Positions 10,701 through 18,639 of a stretch of 64,000 nt of DNA are shown here, one piece after another. Numbering within the stretch: the first letter of the stretch is position 1; each line of letters begins with the position of its first letter. The notes under the pieces are model-generated. The model was not told where the DNA came from. It made no database searches and saw only the letters and a program-made list of their open reading frames with translations. The stretch lies in the NCBI GenBank assembly GCA_964291285.2, contig OZ219786.1:1184001-1248000 (forward strand), in the 5' to 3' direction. This DNA comes from Alphaproteobacteria bacterium. Lineage in GTDB: Bacteria; Pseudomonadota; Alphaproteobacteria; Bin95. The translations under genes were made by a program, and so were the position numbers.

Positions 10701-10751
10701 TCGGACTGTGTACAATGGAGAGAGAAGAATATAGCGAGGAAATTATGTTAG
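4758..10751 (+). CDS. DUF4011 / SF1 helicase / Vsr-like nuclease / DUF3320 protein (Hhe-like anti-phage protein)
   Basis: TTG start after GGAGGAAGGAG; WQRKLLDLSLRNRLLN (DUF4011-type); GPPGTGKSQT, FDEASQ, WHYRS, QGDERD, RLNVAVTRAR; C-terminal ESPFE..RVDLG..IECDG..YH. Lower GC than flanks. Confidence 0.88.
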   Translation: MPNSNPDIETSGEHTEPAVVTLRHRALQRVNFASAQNDVAIIEEISIDNPTDAALTDVRVTLRASPPIIREKTWTIDRIAPESQHALRDLSTPLDIERLRGLDEAEIGELEFRMEAQGLRTIVEKRRVELLARDEWGGVGDMAQILAAFVSPNDPAVARVLKDAARLLESAGRDGSMNGYQSGDPRRAYMLAGAIWSAATGLALNYAEPPASFEREGQKVRGPERVTREGLATCLDTTLFLAAAFEAAGLNPVVLFSQGHAWVGVWIVKKDFGNLTEPDVVAVRKATQAREFVSIETSLLTARPSISFDQAEDEGRRRLTEKRDPEFVMAVDIARCRAARIRPLASHQDADSSESDAIDETVPAALPPEPNFGSLPGEVSEEEPETPQGRIERWQRKLLDLSLRNRLLNYRDSKQTLPLRCPDTAAFEDELAAGKKFQGFSLQDNDPIRDRAVSPEEAQRIEEEVIRDAFERDQIVVPLAGREMENRLTTLYRRARSDMQEGGTNTLFLAAGFLRWKKKEGDTRSYRAPLLLIPVKLERRSAQSPVRIARHEDDVRINSTLVEFLKCDFALHIPELEGELPRDRSGVDVPRILGIMRQKVRDVAGFEVIEELALSTFSFAKHLMWKDLVDRTDQLRQNRLAKHLIDGAAETYPDMGMGDGSSIVPKEIDRRLAPRDLLTPLSADSSQLAAVLAAREGRDFVLVGPPGTGKSQTITNIIAQCLGEGKTVLFVAEKAAALDVVHRRLERTGLSDAVLELHSNKTDRKSVLAQLGRGWDRASGGSGEDWIDVTEKLKLSRDKLNAYVEALHAKGTQGFSAFDAIALVAQGEPPFKISFASKDAHDERSYKRLAELAAELGRTHGVVGGGPPIGLVVRQEFSNLWQREFLEATQSLRAALAELQRAERALACEIGLYADLKLQAERRARLKALASRAESEALDLSSVPNMPADRLSSLAEELTTNVKGLATESTKTIATYPLDAVRRMPLEQLDSGWREAQTKIWPASAFAKRKIRKLLQTYAETGAVDPGTDLKALFKMRERDTAIQESPLVSIAETGGRTDTNRSTEAVRQAIELRAALAALSLDVEDSTRFEAATSALATGSGETVLKALQDYLKAEKAADDGTHTFVRKDGISLDGASVADFAAGLEMVMAERTRLQDWTKWIKRSNEGSAAGLGSFVKALEDRQIEGDAEHAFKRAYAAWWLPLAMDARDELRGFTQWEHERVIETFRKLDETAAELAPVEVMRRIVHGLPVKESVPKKSELGTLRHQLSLERPSLPIRQLLTSLPETFGKLAPCVLMSPLSVAQYLPTHQASFDIVIFDEASQITTWDAIGAIARGRQTIIVGDSKQLPPTNFFGRANDDDEDLPEVERDMPSILDEAGAAGMPSHSLNWHYRSRDEALIAFSNNRYYDGRLVTFPAPFSGSDAIRFHKVNGTYTRGQGRINQDEAEAVAKAVKRHLTDWLTIPKDKRHTLGVITFNAEQQSLILDMLDDIRRNNEAFEWFFADDREEPVIVKNLENIQGDERDVMMLSVTFGPDLAGKFTMNFGPINGEGGEKRLNVAVTRARRELHVFSSIRAEQIDLGRTRAAGVRDLKAFLDYAERGPMALPASDEGSLGPAESPFEKAVADALGAKGWEVRTQIGVSGFRVDLGILHPDYAGRYLAGIECDGARYHSSATARDRDRIRQAVLEDLGWTILRVWSTDWFHSPSRVTDRIHCELVQRVEENRQARATVEVDEQTTEAELSENSGDSAEIVLSALPEPTHNLVAKEQDTDGTRKEEPLHPIGNLDGNPDTAHLSASKASSGENAIPITVAPIFQAAPGTASGPSFAESSTGTHQDDVIADADLFFDSNYVPVLHRLIRRIVDHEGPITLHRLARRVAQEHGWHRTGKRIQEQVRKHLRSVERHREFGTDFVWVPGSHSDRVPFRGLNGRPIREISRTEIAAVIDTHAHDLANEEDAILALSRFLGIQRLSKDARNYLSDCVQWREKNIARKLC

Positions 10752-10844
10752 TTGACTGACGGACAGAACGGAGCATTTAAGTCCGGTTCGGAAGGAACAG
10801 CCTCCGCGAATCTGAGCAATCGCTTTCCTGCTTATTCCCAAGGA

Positions 10845-11355
10845 TCATCCTGCGATGAGTAGTTGATATGGGATGTGTTGTGTTCTGACGGCGCTGTGAA
10901 TGAAGCGTGGGATCATGGAGTTGAGTTGGTATCGTCGGTTGTATCGCCATGCGAAGCTGGCGAGATAGCGTTCGGCATGGTCGGGACCGAGCTTTCGGTA
11001 GGTTCCGGCGATGGCGCTCTTGATGTTGCCGAGGGTCGTGTTGACCCATTTGAAGGGGGCCATGCGGGCTGCCCGGCGGCCTGAGCCGGTGCGGATGGCC
11101 CGGTGGCTTGCGGCGATGCCGTCGAGGGCGTTCCAGCAGTGCAGGGCATCGGTGACGACCTCCGTCCCCGGGGCCAGCCAGCGTTTGGCGCCGCGCGCGA
11201 TCTCGCGCTTGCGGAAGCCCTTGACCGGGGCGAGCTTGACCTTGCGCGGAGCCCCTTCGGCGCTGGTCGAGACCGCCGCCACGAAGGGCGTCTTGCCCGG
11301 CGCGCCCCGGCCCCGCTTGCCGCCGGAGCGCGACCCGCCGAGATAGGCGTCGTCC
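10845..11355 (-). pseudogene. IS1595 transposase, 3' part
   Basis: DAYLGGSRSGGKRGRGAPGKTPFVAAV...VVTD...WVNTTLGNIK...RYLASFAWRYNRR. Confidence 0.88.
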
Positions 11356-11415
11356 TGTTAGCGACGGTTACAGAGCGCGCCTATTCGCTGACATTTTTCG
11401 GCCGGTTGCGGTTTT

Positions 11416-12288
11416 TCAGTTGATCTGTTGGTCATCGGTTTCGATTGGTTCGCCGGCTCGGTCGCGGATGAGCATGTCGTTCCAGTCCCGGTTGTCGAGT
11501 GCGGGTCGCAGCCGGACGATTCTGGTGTCGTTGCGGGCGAGGCGCCTTGCGGCGTGATCGCCGTTTGTGGTGGCGTCGTATGCACAGAAGATGAGGCGCG
11601 GGTTCCATGCCTCGATCCATTTGGGGACTTTGGTGGCGACGGCGCCGGTGGAGACGGTGGCGCATTCGGTGCGTTTTACCGGGCCGAGGTGGAGGGAGAG
11701 GATGGAGAGTGCGTCGAGGGCGTTGCCGTCCAGGATGACGGCGTGTGGCCATTCGGTCTCCCAGGACATCCAGAAGCCGCCGCCCGCGGTCGTTTTGCGG
11801 TCAGCGGTGACGGTTTCGATGCCGGTAGCCTCGCCGGCGGCGTTTCGGCGGACGAACACGGGGTTGCCGTGAGGGTCGGCATGGACCAGGCCGAGGTCGC
11901 GGCACAGGGTGACGAGCGCGTCCGCGAGGCCGCGCCGCTCGACGAGGTATCGCCGGAGGTTGGGCCAGCGGGGGTCCTTGGCCGGCGCCTGCCGGCGGCC
12001 GCCTGGGGGCATTGAGAGGTCGGACAGTTCGGCGAGGAAGTCGATGGCGTCCGGCGGGGTGCATCCGAGCGCATGGACCGCCAGTTCGATAGCCCCGGCT
12101 CCCTCCTCTGCGCGCAGATGGTCGTAGAACATGAAGCGGTTGATGGAGAGGACCGATCCTGGCCGTCTCCAGCGCACGGCATTGTCGGGATCGCTGCGGT
12201 AGCCGAGGGCTCGGGCGACGGGTTCGAGGGGATAGCCCCGCAGGCTCTCGGCCCGCACCCGCCGCTCGCGGGGGCGGGAGGGATGCAT
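11416..12288 (-). CDS. DUF3991/Toprim-like protein (IS21 cargo)
   Basis: GAGAIELAVHALG, RYLVERRGL, NALDALS, IFCAYDAT, DWNDML; ATG 2 nt after istB stop. Confidence 0.72.
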   Translation of the reverse strand: MHPSRPRERRVRAESLRGYPLEPVARALGYRSDPDNAVRWRRPGSVLSINRFMFYDHLRAEEGAGAIELAVHALGCTPPDAIDFLAELSDLSMPPGGRRQAPAKDPRWPNLRRYLVERRGLADALVTLCRDLGLVHADPHGNPVFVRRNAAGEATGIETVTADRKTTAGGGFWMSWETEWPHAVILDGNALDALSILSLHLGPVKRTECATVSTGAVATKVPKWIEAWNPRLIFCAYDATTNGDHAARRLARNDTRIVRLRPALDNRDWNDMLIRDRAGEPIETDDQQIN

Positions 12289-12290
12289 GG

Positions 12291-13085
12291 CTATGGCGAC
12301 GGGACCGGGTTCGCCTTTCCAGTGCTTTGCCCGGCTTTCGGTCCGCGCCGGCGGCGGCGTTCGGCGCTGCGCTGCTTCTGACGTTCCTCGGCTTCCTTGC
12401 GGCGCCAGGAGTCGCCGTCGATGGCGACGATCTCGGCGTTGTGGACGAGCCGGTCGACGAGGGCGACCAGGCAGGCGGCGTTTGGGAAGGCCTCGCTCCA
12501 CTCGGCGAAGGGGCGGTTCGTGGTGATTATGGTTGAGTTCTGCTGGCTGCGGCTTGAGACGATGTTGAACAGCAGGTCGGCGTGGCGGTTGGAGTAGGAG
12601 AGATATCCGACTTCGTCGATGACCAGCAGGTGCTGTCGGGCGTAGAAGCGCAGCCTGCGCTGGAGCAGGGTGTCGGAGTCGATGGCGGCGAGTTCGCCGA
12701 GCAGGCTGGCGGCGGTTGCGAAGCGCACGATGTGGCCTTCGAGGACGGCGCGGTGGGCGATATTGGCGGCGATGGTGGACTTTCCGACGCCGTTGGGTCC
12801 GACCAGTACGAGGTTTGCGGCCTCCTTGAGGAAGTCGAGGGTCATGAGGTCCTCGACGGCCATGCGGTCGCAGCGCCTTGGCCAGTCCCAGTCGAAGTCT
12901 GCGAGCGGCTTGAACTGTCCGAGGCGGGCGTCGGCGAGGCGGCGTTTGAGGCTTCGGGCGCGCTTCTCATCTTCTTCCCACGCGATCAGGGAGGCGAGCC
13001 AGTCGCGCTCCGCGACTTCGCCCCAATGGGCGAGGAGGCCGTGCAGGCCCAGCGCGCGGGCGCGGTTCATGAGGGTGTCGGTCAT
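12291..13085 (-). CDS. istB: IS21 helper ATPase
   Basis: GPNGVGKS Walker A, LLVIDEVGY, TTNRPFAEW, DRLVHNAE, GDSWR. Confidence 0.95.
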   Translation of the reverse strand: MTDTLMNRARALGLHGLLAHWGEVAERDWLASLIAWEEDEKRARSLKRRLADARLGQFKPLADFDWDWPRRCDRMAVEDLMTLDFLKEAANLVLVGPNGVGKSTIAANIAHRAVLEGHIVRFATAASLLGELAAIDSDTLLQRRLRFYARQHLLVIDEVGYLSYSNRHADLLFNIVSSRSQQNSTIITTNRPFAEWSEAFPNAACLVALVDRLVHNAEIVAIDGDSWRRKEAEERQKQRSAERRRRRGPKAGQSTGKANPVPSP

Positions 13086-14587
13086 TCTTCGCTGTCCTTT
13101 TCATGGTAGCCGGCCAGCCCGTCGTATCCGCCGAGATCGTGATCGCGCACGGCGATGTCGCGCACGCGCGGGTCCCTGGGCAGGTCGATGGGGATCGGCG
13201 GCGGCCTGTCCTGCAGTTCGCGCCGCCGTGTGAGGCTGAGGCGCACGGCATTGGGATGGGGGACGCCGCGTTCGAGGGCCTCGTCGATGGCGGCTTCGAG
13301 CTCGGCGGCGCCGTATTGGTCGAGCAGGCGCAGCAGGGCGGCGACGGTGGCGCCGATATAAGCGCCGCGGGGGGCGGCCTCGGCGATCAGGCGCTCGCTG
13401 TTGGGCGCGGCCTGGAGCAGCCGGCTCTGCCCGCGCAGGCTGCGGGCGTGACGCTTGCGCCTGACCAGCTCCTCAATGTGTTCGGGGTTCTCGATGCGGG
13501 CCGCCTTGTCGAAGCTGCGCGGATGGCGGGCGATGACCTCCATGCCGTCGAGGATGCGCACCTCTTCCAGCGTCGCGGCCACGGTGAGGGTGCGCCGGAC
13601 ATGGGTATGCGGGACGCTGTAGTCATTGAGGTCGAACCTGGCATAGGGGGTCTTGGCGATCCTGACCTCGACCCTCTCGTCGACGGGGGGACGGTCGTCG
13701 GGCAGCGCCATCAGGGAGCCGCGCTCGCGCTCGAAGGCCTCGCTCACGGTGAGGGAGCGGTCGTCCGGCCAGGGGCGGTCGGCGGCGACGCCCTCGCACC
13801 ACTCCCGGGCCTGGGCGTTGAGATCGTCGAGGTCACGCCAGGCGCGGGCGGCGAAGAAGCTGTCGCGCACATAGCGTATGGCCCGCTCGACGCGGCCCTT
13901 CTCGTTGCCTCGGGCGACCGCGACCGGCTTCGGCAGGAAGCGGTAGGCGCCTGCGAAGTCGAGAAGCCGGGGATTGAAGCGGATGGCGTCGCCGCGCCGC
14001 TCCAGCACGACGCTCTTCAGATTGTCGTACCAGAGCTCGCGGGGCACGCCCTGCCAAGCCTCGAAGGCCTCGACATGGCCGCGCAGGAAGTTGTCCATCC
14101 CGGCGTTGAGGTAGAAGCGCAGGAAGAGGCGGCGCGAGTGGCCGAGCACCATCACGAAGGCCATCAGCGGGCGCTCCGCACGCCCGATCCTCACCTTGCC
14201 GAAGTGGGCCCAGTCGACCTGGGCCTGCTCGCCGGGCAGGGCCTTGAGGCGCAGATAGGCCTCGGCCACCGGCCGCGGACGCTCGGGCGCGATCATGCGC
14301 CGGAAGTGGCTCTCGCACCCCCGGTAACCGCGCTCGACCGCCATCCGGTAGAGCCGGCTGGAGGGCAACTTCGGCCAGACCGCCAGGGTCTGGCGGACGA
14401 AGGGCAGGAACGGATCGATCATCGAAGATCTGCGCCGCTTCTCAGGCGTGGGCGCCCCGGCGGCCGCCACCGCGCGCTCGACCGTGCCGTGGTGGACGCC
14501 GAGCTGGCGCGCGATCGTGCCGATCCGCCACTTCTCGGCAAAATACAGCCGCAGGATCTCGGCCCGGGTCTGCTGGTCGATCGCCAT
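13082..14587 (-). CDS. istA: IS21 transposase
   Basis: N-terminal HTH, PGEQAQVDWA, YDNLKSVV, KGRVERAIRYVR; overlaps istB by 4 nt. Confidence 0.95.
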   Translation of the reverse strand: MAIDQQTRAEILRLYFAEKWRIGTIARQLGVHHGTVERAVAAAGAPTPEKRRRSSMIDPFLPFVRQTLAVWPKLPSSRLYRMAVERGYRGCESHFRRMIAPERPRPVAEAYLRLKALPGEQAQVDWAHFGKVRIGRAERPLMAFVMVLGHSRRLFLRFYLNAGMDNFLRGHVEAFEAWQGVPRELWYDNLKSVVLERRGDAIRFNPRLLDFAGAYRFLPKPVAVARGNEKGRVERAIRYVRDSFFAARAWRDLDDLNAQAREWCEGVAADRPWPDDRSLTVSEAFERERGSLMALPDDRPPVDERVEVRIAKTPYARFDLNDYSVPHTHVRRTLTVAATLEEVRILDGMEVIARHPRSFDKAARIENPEHIEELVRRKRHARSLRGQSRLLQAAPNSERLIAEAAPRGAYIGATVAALLRLLDQYGAAELEAAIDEALERGVPHPNAVRLSLTRRRELQDRPPPIPIDLPRDPRVRDIAVRDHDLGGYDGLAGYHEKDSEE

Positions 14588-14588
14588 C

Positions 14589-15023
14589 TCACTCCCTTCG
14601 CGCCGGGCGCAGGCCCGGATAGACCGCCCGGGCGCAGAACCGCCCGCAGTGATCGCAGCGGAACACTCCGGCGGGACGGTCGGGTCCGAAGGGCCTCCTT
14701 CCCGAGCGCCCCGCCGGCATGCCCGCCACAACAGGACGGCGCGGTGAACGGGTCAAAGGGTGATGCGTCACTTTCTGCGCACGGCGCCCCTCCTCAGGCG
14801 CACGGACGCGACGGCGCTCGCGGTAGCGCCGCTGGCGTTCGGCATGCTTGTGACGGCCCCGCCGGCTGTTCTGGTAGCGACGCCCGGCAAGGCGCAGCGA
14901 GCGCCGCCGCGCCCGGCCGCTGCACGGACGCGAGCAGTAGATGTTGCCGTGGTCGCACCGCCGGCACAGCACAACCTGGCGATGGCACGAAGCGCAGGTG
15001 AACAGGCGGGCGGCGTTCCTCAT
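14589..15023 (-). CDS. Small Cys-rich basic protein upstream of istA
   Basis: CASC..CRRCDHGNIYCSRPC plus Arg-rich helix and C-terminal CDHCG; stop 1 nt before istA start. Confidence 0.7.
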   Translation of the reverse strand: MRNAARLFTCASCHRQVVLCRRCDHGNIYCSRPCSGRARRRSLRLAGRRYQNSRRGRHKHAERQRRYRERRRVRAPEEGRRAQKVTHHPLTRSPRRPVVAGMPAGRSGRRPFGPDRPAGVFRCDHCGRFCARAVYPGLRPARRE

Positions 15024-15413
15024 CGCAATGACCGATGAGAACGGGGTGGACCCACGCCCGAACGCCTACGATACTGCGCATACGGGCCGTGCCTTGCATG
15101 GCTTGCATGGCTCGGGGGGTGCGGCGCCGGTCGTTGCCACCTAGCAAACGGGGCCGGCGCCGCATCGTTCTCAGCAGCCCCAGTCTACCCCCTCGCGCAG
15201 CCCGGCGACCCCCGCCGACAGCGCCAGGACACCCTCCCCTCGGCAGGCGAAAATATCAACGCGACGGGGGCCGGCGACTCCAGTCGGGCTACGCCCTCCT
15301 TCCGTCCCCGGCCCCCGTCACAAACACCGCCGCACCACAATCACTGCGATCATCACGCCCCGCAAAAACGCGCAACGCCAGCAAATAAGCGCCTTTTACG
15401 ACCGTCACCTACA

Positions 15414-15850
15414 GTGTCCATCTCGACCCGTCCGTCGAGCCGCGTGTCGGCTTCGCGCCGGGCCATCACCGCCATGATTTTCTGCTTCATGCTCCAGGCG
15501 GTCGGCTGCCTGACCCCGAGGCGGCGACCGAGTTCCACCGACGAAATGCCGTTCTTCGCCGTCACCACAAGGTGGATCGCCGCAAACCACAACGTCAGGG
15601 GCAGCTTGGTCGAGTGGAAGATCGTCCCCGACGTCACCGAAACCTGCTTCTTGCAGCGGTTGCACTGGTAAAGCCTGCGCCCGGCAAGAATGCAGTGCCC
15701 CCGATGCCCGCAGGAGCCGCACTCGAAACCGTTCGGCCAGCGCAATCGGGCTAGCACCGCCCGGCACTGGTCCTCCGTGCCGAACGACGCTCGGAACGCA
15801 TCGTCGCTCAAGCCACGAACACGCGATGCAACCTTGAATGCCATATCCAT
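15414..15850 (-). pseudogene. IS1595 transposase, 5' part
   Basis: LRWPNGFECGSCG...YQCNRCKKQVSVTSGTIFHSTKLPL zinc ribbon; cut at the IS21 end. Confidence 0.88.
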
Positions 15851-16024
15851 GACCTCCCGATAACAGAAACCCTTCCAAACCTACAATCTCATAAGATGAC
15901 TCTCAAGAATAAGCAGGATCGGAAATTTCAATTCACTCGCCAAAACCTTCATGGTCTCTGCGTTCTGAGCCGCCCCGTTTGATGAAACAGGGGCTTGGCG
16001 GCTTCTGCTGTGGCAGGGTGGCTG

Positions 16025-16211
16025 ACGGCGGAGGCGGGGACGCGTGAGCGTTGCTTTATCGGTGACGTAGTTCCCGACGCCAAAACTGCTTCCGGCGGTC
16101 GGATCCGCACCCCGTATTGTGCCCGGCCATTGGCCGTGGACGCGCGGCAAAACGAACCGCACCCGCATGGCGGATGCGTGTCCTTCCGACTGCTGTCCCC
16201 GCCTCCACCGT
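16025..16211 (+). ncRNA. Candidate IS110 bridge-RNA-encoding leader
   Basis: Non-coding leader of the IS110 recombinase closed by a 16/17-bp stem (16025-16041 with 16195-16211) and containing internal hairpins. Confidence 0.5.
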
Positions 16212-16271
16212 GGCGATGCCACATCGTGATCCTATGCGATCGTGGCGAGAGCGCGCAATGAGGAGAAGAGG

Positions 16272-17156
16272 ATGAAGACGGAAGGCTTGCATGTTGTCCG
16301 GGCGCGCGCGGCGGGTCTGGACGTGCACAAGATGGAGATCACCGCGACGGTTCGCCTGTGCGAGGGCGAGGGCGAGCCGGTGGTCGAGACGCGCTGCTTC
16401 GGCACGCTGCCCAGCGGTCTGGAGGAGATGGTCGCCTGGCTGAACGACCATGGCGTCGAGGCTGCGGTGATGGAAGGGACCGGCATCTACTGGCAGGCGC
16501 CCTTCGCGGCCCTGGAAGCGGCCGGGATCGAGGCGATCCTGGTGCACGCGCAGCAGGTGAAGCAGTTGAAGGGGCGCAAGACCGACGTGGCCGACAGCGT
16601 ATGGCTGGCCTGCGTGTGCCAGTTCGGGCTCTGCACGCCGTCCCATGTGCCGCCCGAGCCGTTCCGGGAGTTGCGCGCCCTGAGCCGCCAGCGGCGGGTT
16701 CTGGTCAGGCAGCGCTCCACCGTGCGCAACCGTGTGCAGAAGATCATCGACCGCGCCGGCGTGCGCATCGGCGGCATCCTCTCCGACGTCTTCGGCCTCA
16801 ACGGGCGCAGGATCCTCGACGGCCTGGCGCAGGGCGTGGAGCGCGAGGTCATTCTTGCCTCGCTCACCGGCCATGTCGCCCACAAGCTGGAAGGGCTCGG
16901 CGAGGCGCTCTCGCTCAGCCTGGGCGACAACGACCGCTTCATGCTCGGCGACCTGCTGGCGGAGCATGACGCGCTGGAGGCGCGCATCGCCTCCTACACT
17001 GACAGGATCGACGGGCAGATGACGCCGTGGGAGGAGCAGCTCCGTCTGCTGACCACCATCCCCGGGATCGACCGCACCGCCGCCTCGACCATCCTGATCG
17101 AGATCGGACCCGATATCGAGGCCTTCGCCTCCAGGGAGCAGGGGAATCGCTTTTGA
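16272..17156 (+). pseudogene. IS110-family recombinase truncated by ISAs1
   Basis: GLDVHK, MEGTGIYW, KGRKTDVADS (DEDD), LTTIPGID; C-terminal domain lost at 17138. Confidence 0.9.
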
Positions 17157-18354
17157 AGATTAGCTTTTAGGAGTTTGCGTTTTCGATTCACACTCCGGTT
17201 TCCGTATCTGGTGAGTTGGGGTGTGAGATGGAGGAGTTTTCGTCAGTATTCGAAGGAGTTACGGATCCGCGTCGCAGCAATGCGACGCGCCACTCTCTGC
17301 ACGAGATGCTGATGATCGCGCTGCTCTCGACCTTGTGCGGTGGGGAGGGATGCGCGGACATGGAGCGTTTCGGTCGGGCGAAGGAAGGGTTTCTGCGCCG
17401 TTTCATGGAGTTGAAGCACGGCATTCCGAGCCACGATGCGTTTTCGGACCTGTTCAACGCCCTCGATCCCGACAGCCTGCAGAAAGTGCTGCTGCGGCTT
17501 CTGGAGGACTGGGCGGCGGTTCTGGACGGCGATGTGATCGCGGTTGACGGCAAGTCGCTGCGGCGTTCCTTCGCCGATGCCGCGGCGCGCTCGCCGGTGC
17601 ATCTGGTGCAGGCCTTCGCCGCCGGGACCCGCCTGATGCTCGGCCAGGTGAAGGTCGATGACAAGTCCAACGAGATTGCGGCGATGCCGAAGCTGCTGGA
17701 GATGCTGGCGCTCAAGGGCCGGATCGTGACGGCGGACGCGATGCATACCCAGCGGGCGACGGCCGAGGCCGTTACCGCCAAGGGCGGGGACTATGTGCTG
17801 GCGCTCAAGGGCAATCAGGGCAGCCTGTATGAGGATGTGCGCCTGTATCTGGACGATCCCGCCCAGGCGGACAAACTCCAATCATGTCAGCATGTCGATG
17901 GCGATCACGGGCGCATCGAGACGCGCCGCGCCTCGGTCTGCCACGAGATTGCATGGCTGCGCGAGCGCCATGACTGGCCGGGGCTGGCCGCCATCGGCAA
18001 GATCCAGGCCAGGCGCGAAACCGCAAGGAGCACCAAAACCGAAACCCGCTACTACATCATGAGCGCGCCGCTCGCGCCCGAGCGCTTCCAGCACGCCGCG
18101 CGCGCCCATTGGACCATCGAAAACTGCCTGCACTGGGTGCTCGACGTGACCATGAACGAGGACCGACAGCGAAACCGCAAGGACCACGGACCCGAAAACC
18201 TCGCCCTGATCCGACGCCTCGCCCTCAACATCGCACGCCGCGAACCCACAAAAGACGCCATGCGCGGAAAACTCAAACGCGCAGCCTGGAATGACGACTT
18301 GCTCCTCAACTTGATCCGGGCCGCCGCATGACAGGCCCAAAAGCGATTGCCCTG
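17139..18354 (+). mobile_element. ISAs1-family element
   Basis: IR CAGGGGAATCGCTTTTG / CAAAAGCGATTGCCCTG. Confidence 0.9.
17228..18331 (+). CDS. ISAs1 transposase
   Basis: DPRRS, GIPSHDAF, IAVDGKSLR, KSNEI, TADAMHTQ, LKGNQ, HGRIETR, HWTIENCLHW. Confidence 0.95.
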   Translation: MEEFSSVFEGVTDPRRSNATRHSLHEMLMIALLSTLCGGEGCADMERFGRAKEGFLRRFMELKHGIPSHDAFSDLFNALDPDSLQKVLLRLLEDWAAVLDGDVIAVDGKSLRRSFADAAARSPVHLVQAFAAGTRLMLGQVKVDDKSNEIAAMPKLLEMLALKGRIVTADAMHTQRATAEAVTAKGGDYVLALKGNQGSLYEDVRLYLDDPAQADKLQSCQHVDGDHGRIETRRASVCHEIAWLRERHDWPGLAAIGKIQARRETARSTKTETRYYIMSAPLAPERFQHAARAHWTIENCLHWVLDVTMNEDRQRNRKDHGPENLALIRRLALNIARREPTKDAMRGKLKRAAWNDDLLLNLIRAAA

Positions 18355-18639
18355 GGGAATCGAGAGGCGTGTGCGCTGTTTGGAAGTGCTTTCTGAGCAA
18401 GGCATTGCGGAGGGTCTGGATTTTTCTTACCCCGTCAGGATGGCTGATTTCCGGGGTTTTTGCGGTTTGGAGGGAAAGGTTTTGTGGATTTCCACCCCAT
18501 GGCCGTGCGCGGGCTGGTTTTCGGGCGCGTCGCGTTGAGGCGCGGGACTGAGTAGAAGGTGTCGCCATCGGGCCTGCGGCCCTTGTTCCATCCACCGGCG
18601 CTGGTTGGGAGAACATGATGGCGACAGCGGAGAAGTTAG

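Larger units (their letters stand above)
11356..15413 (-). mobile_element. IS21-family element with two accessory ORFs (4058 bp)
   Basis: TG...CA ends with IR TGTTAGCGACGG / TGTAGGTGACGG; istA-istB inside; imperfect target duplication (GTCGTCC / GTGTCC). Confidence 0.88.
10827..15917 (-). mobile_element. IS1595-family element interrupted by IS21
   Basis: Terminal IR CCTGCTTATTC (10827) / GAATAAGCAGG (15907-15917); transposase halves rejoin as ...GRVEMD|DAYLGG... Confidence 0.85.

Noticed and set aside
10819-15925. Target duplication around IS1595
   Set aside because: Flanks ATCGCTTT and ATCGGAAA match at only 4 of 8 positions.
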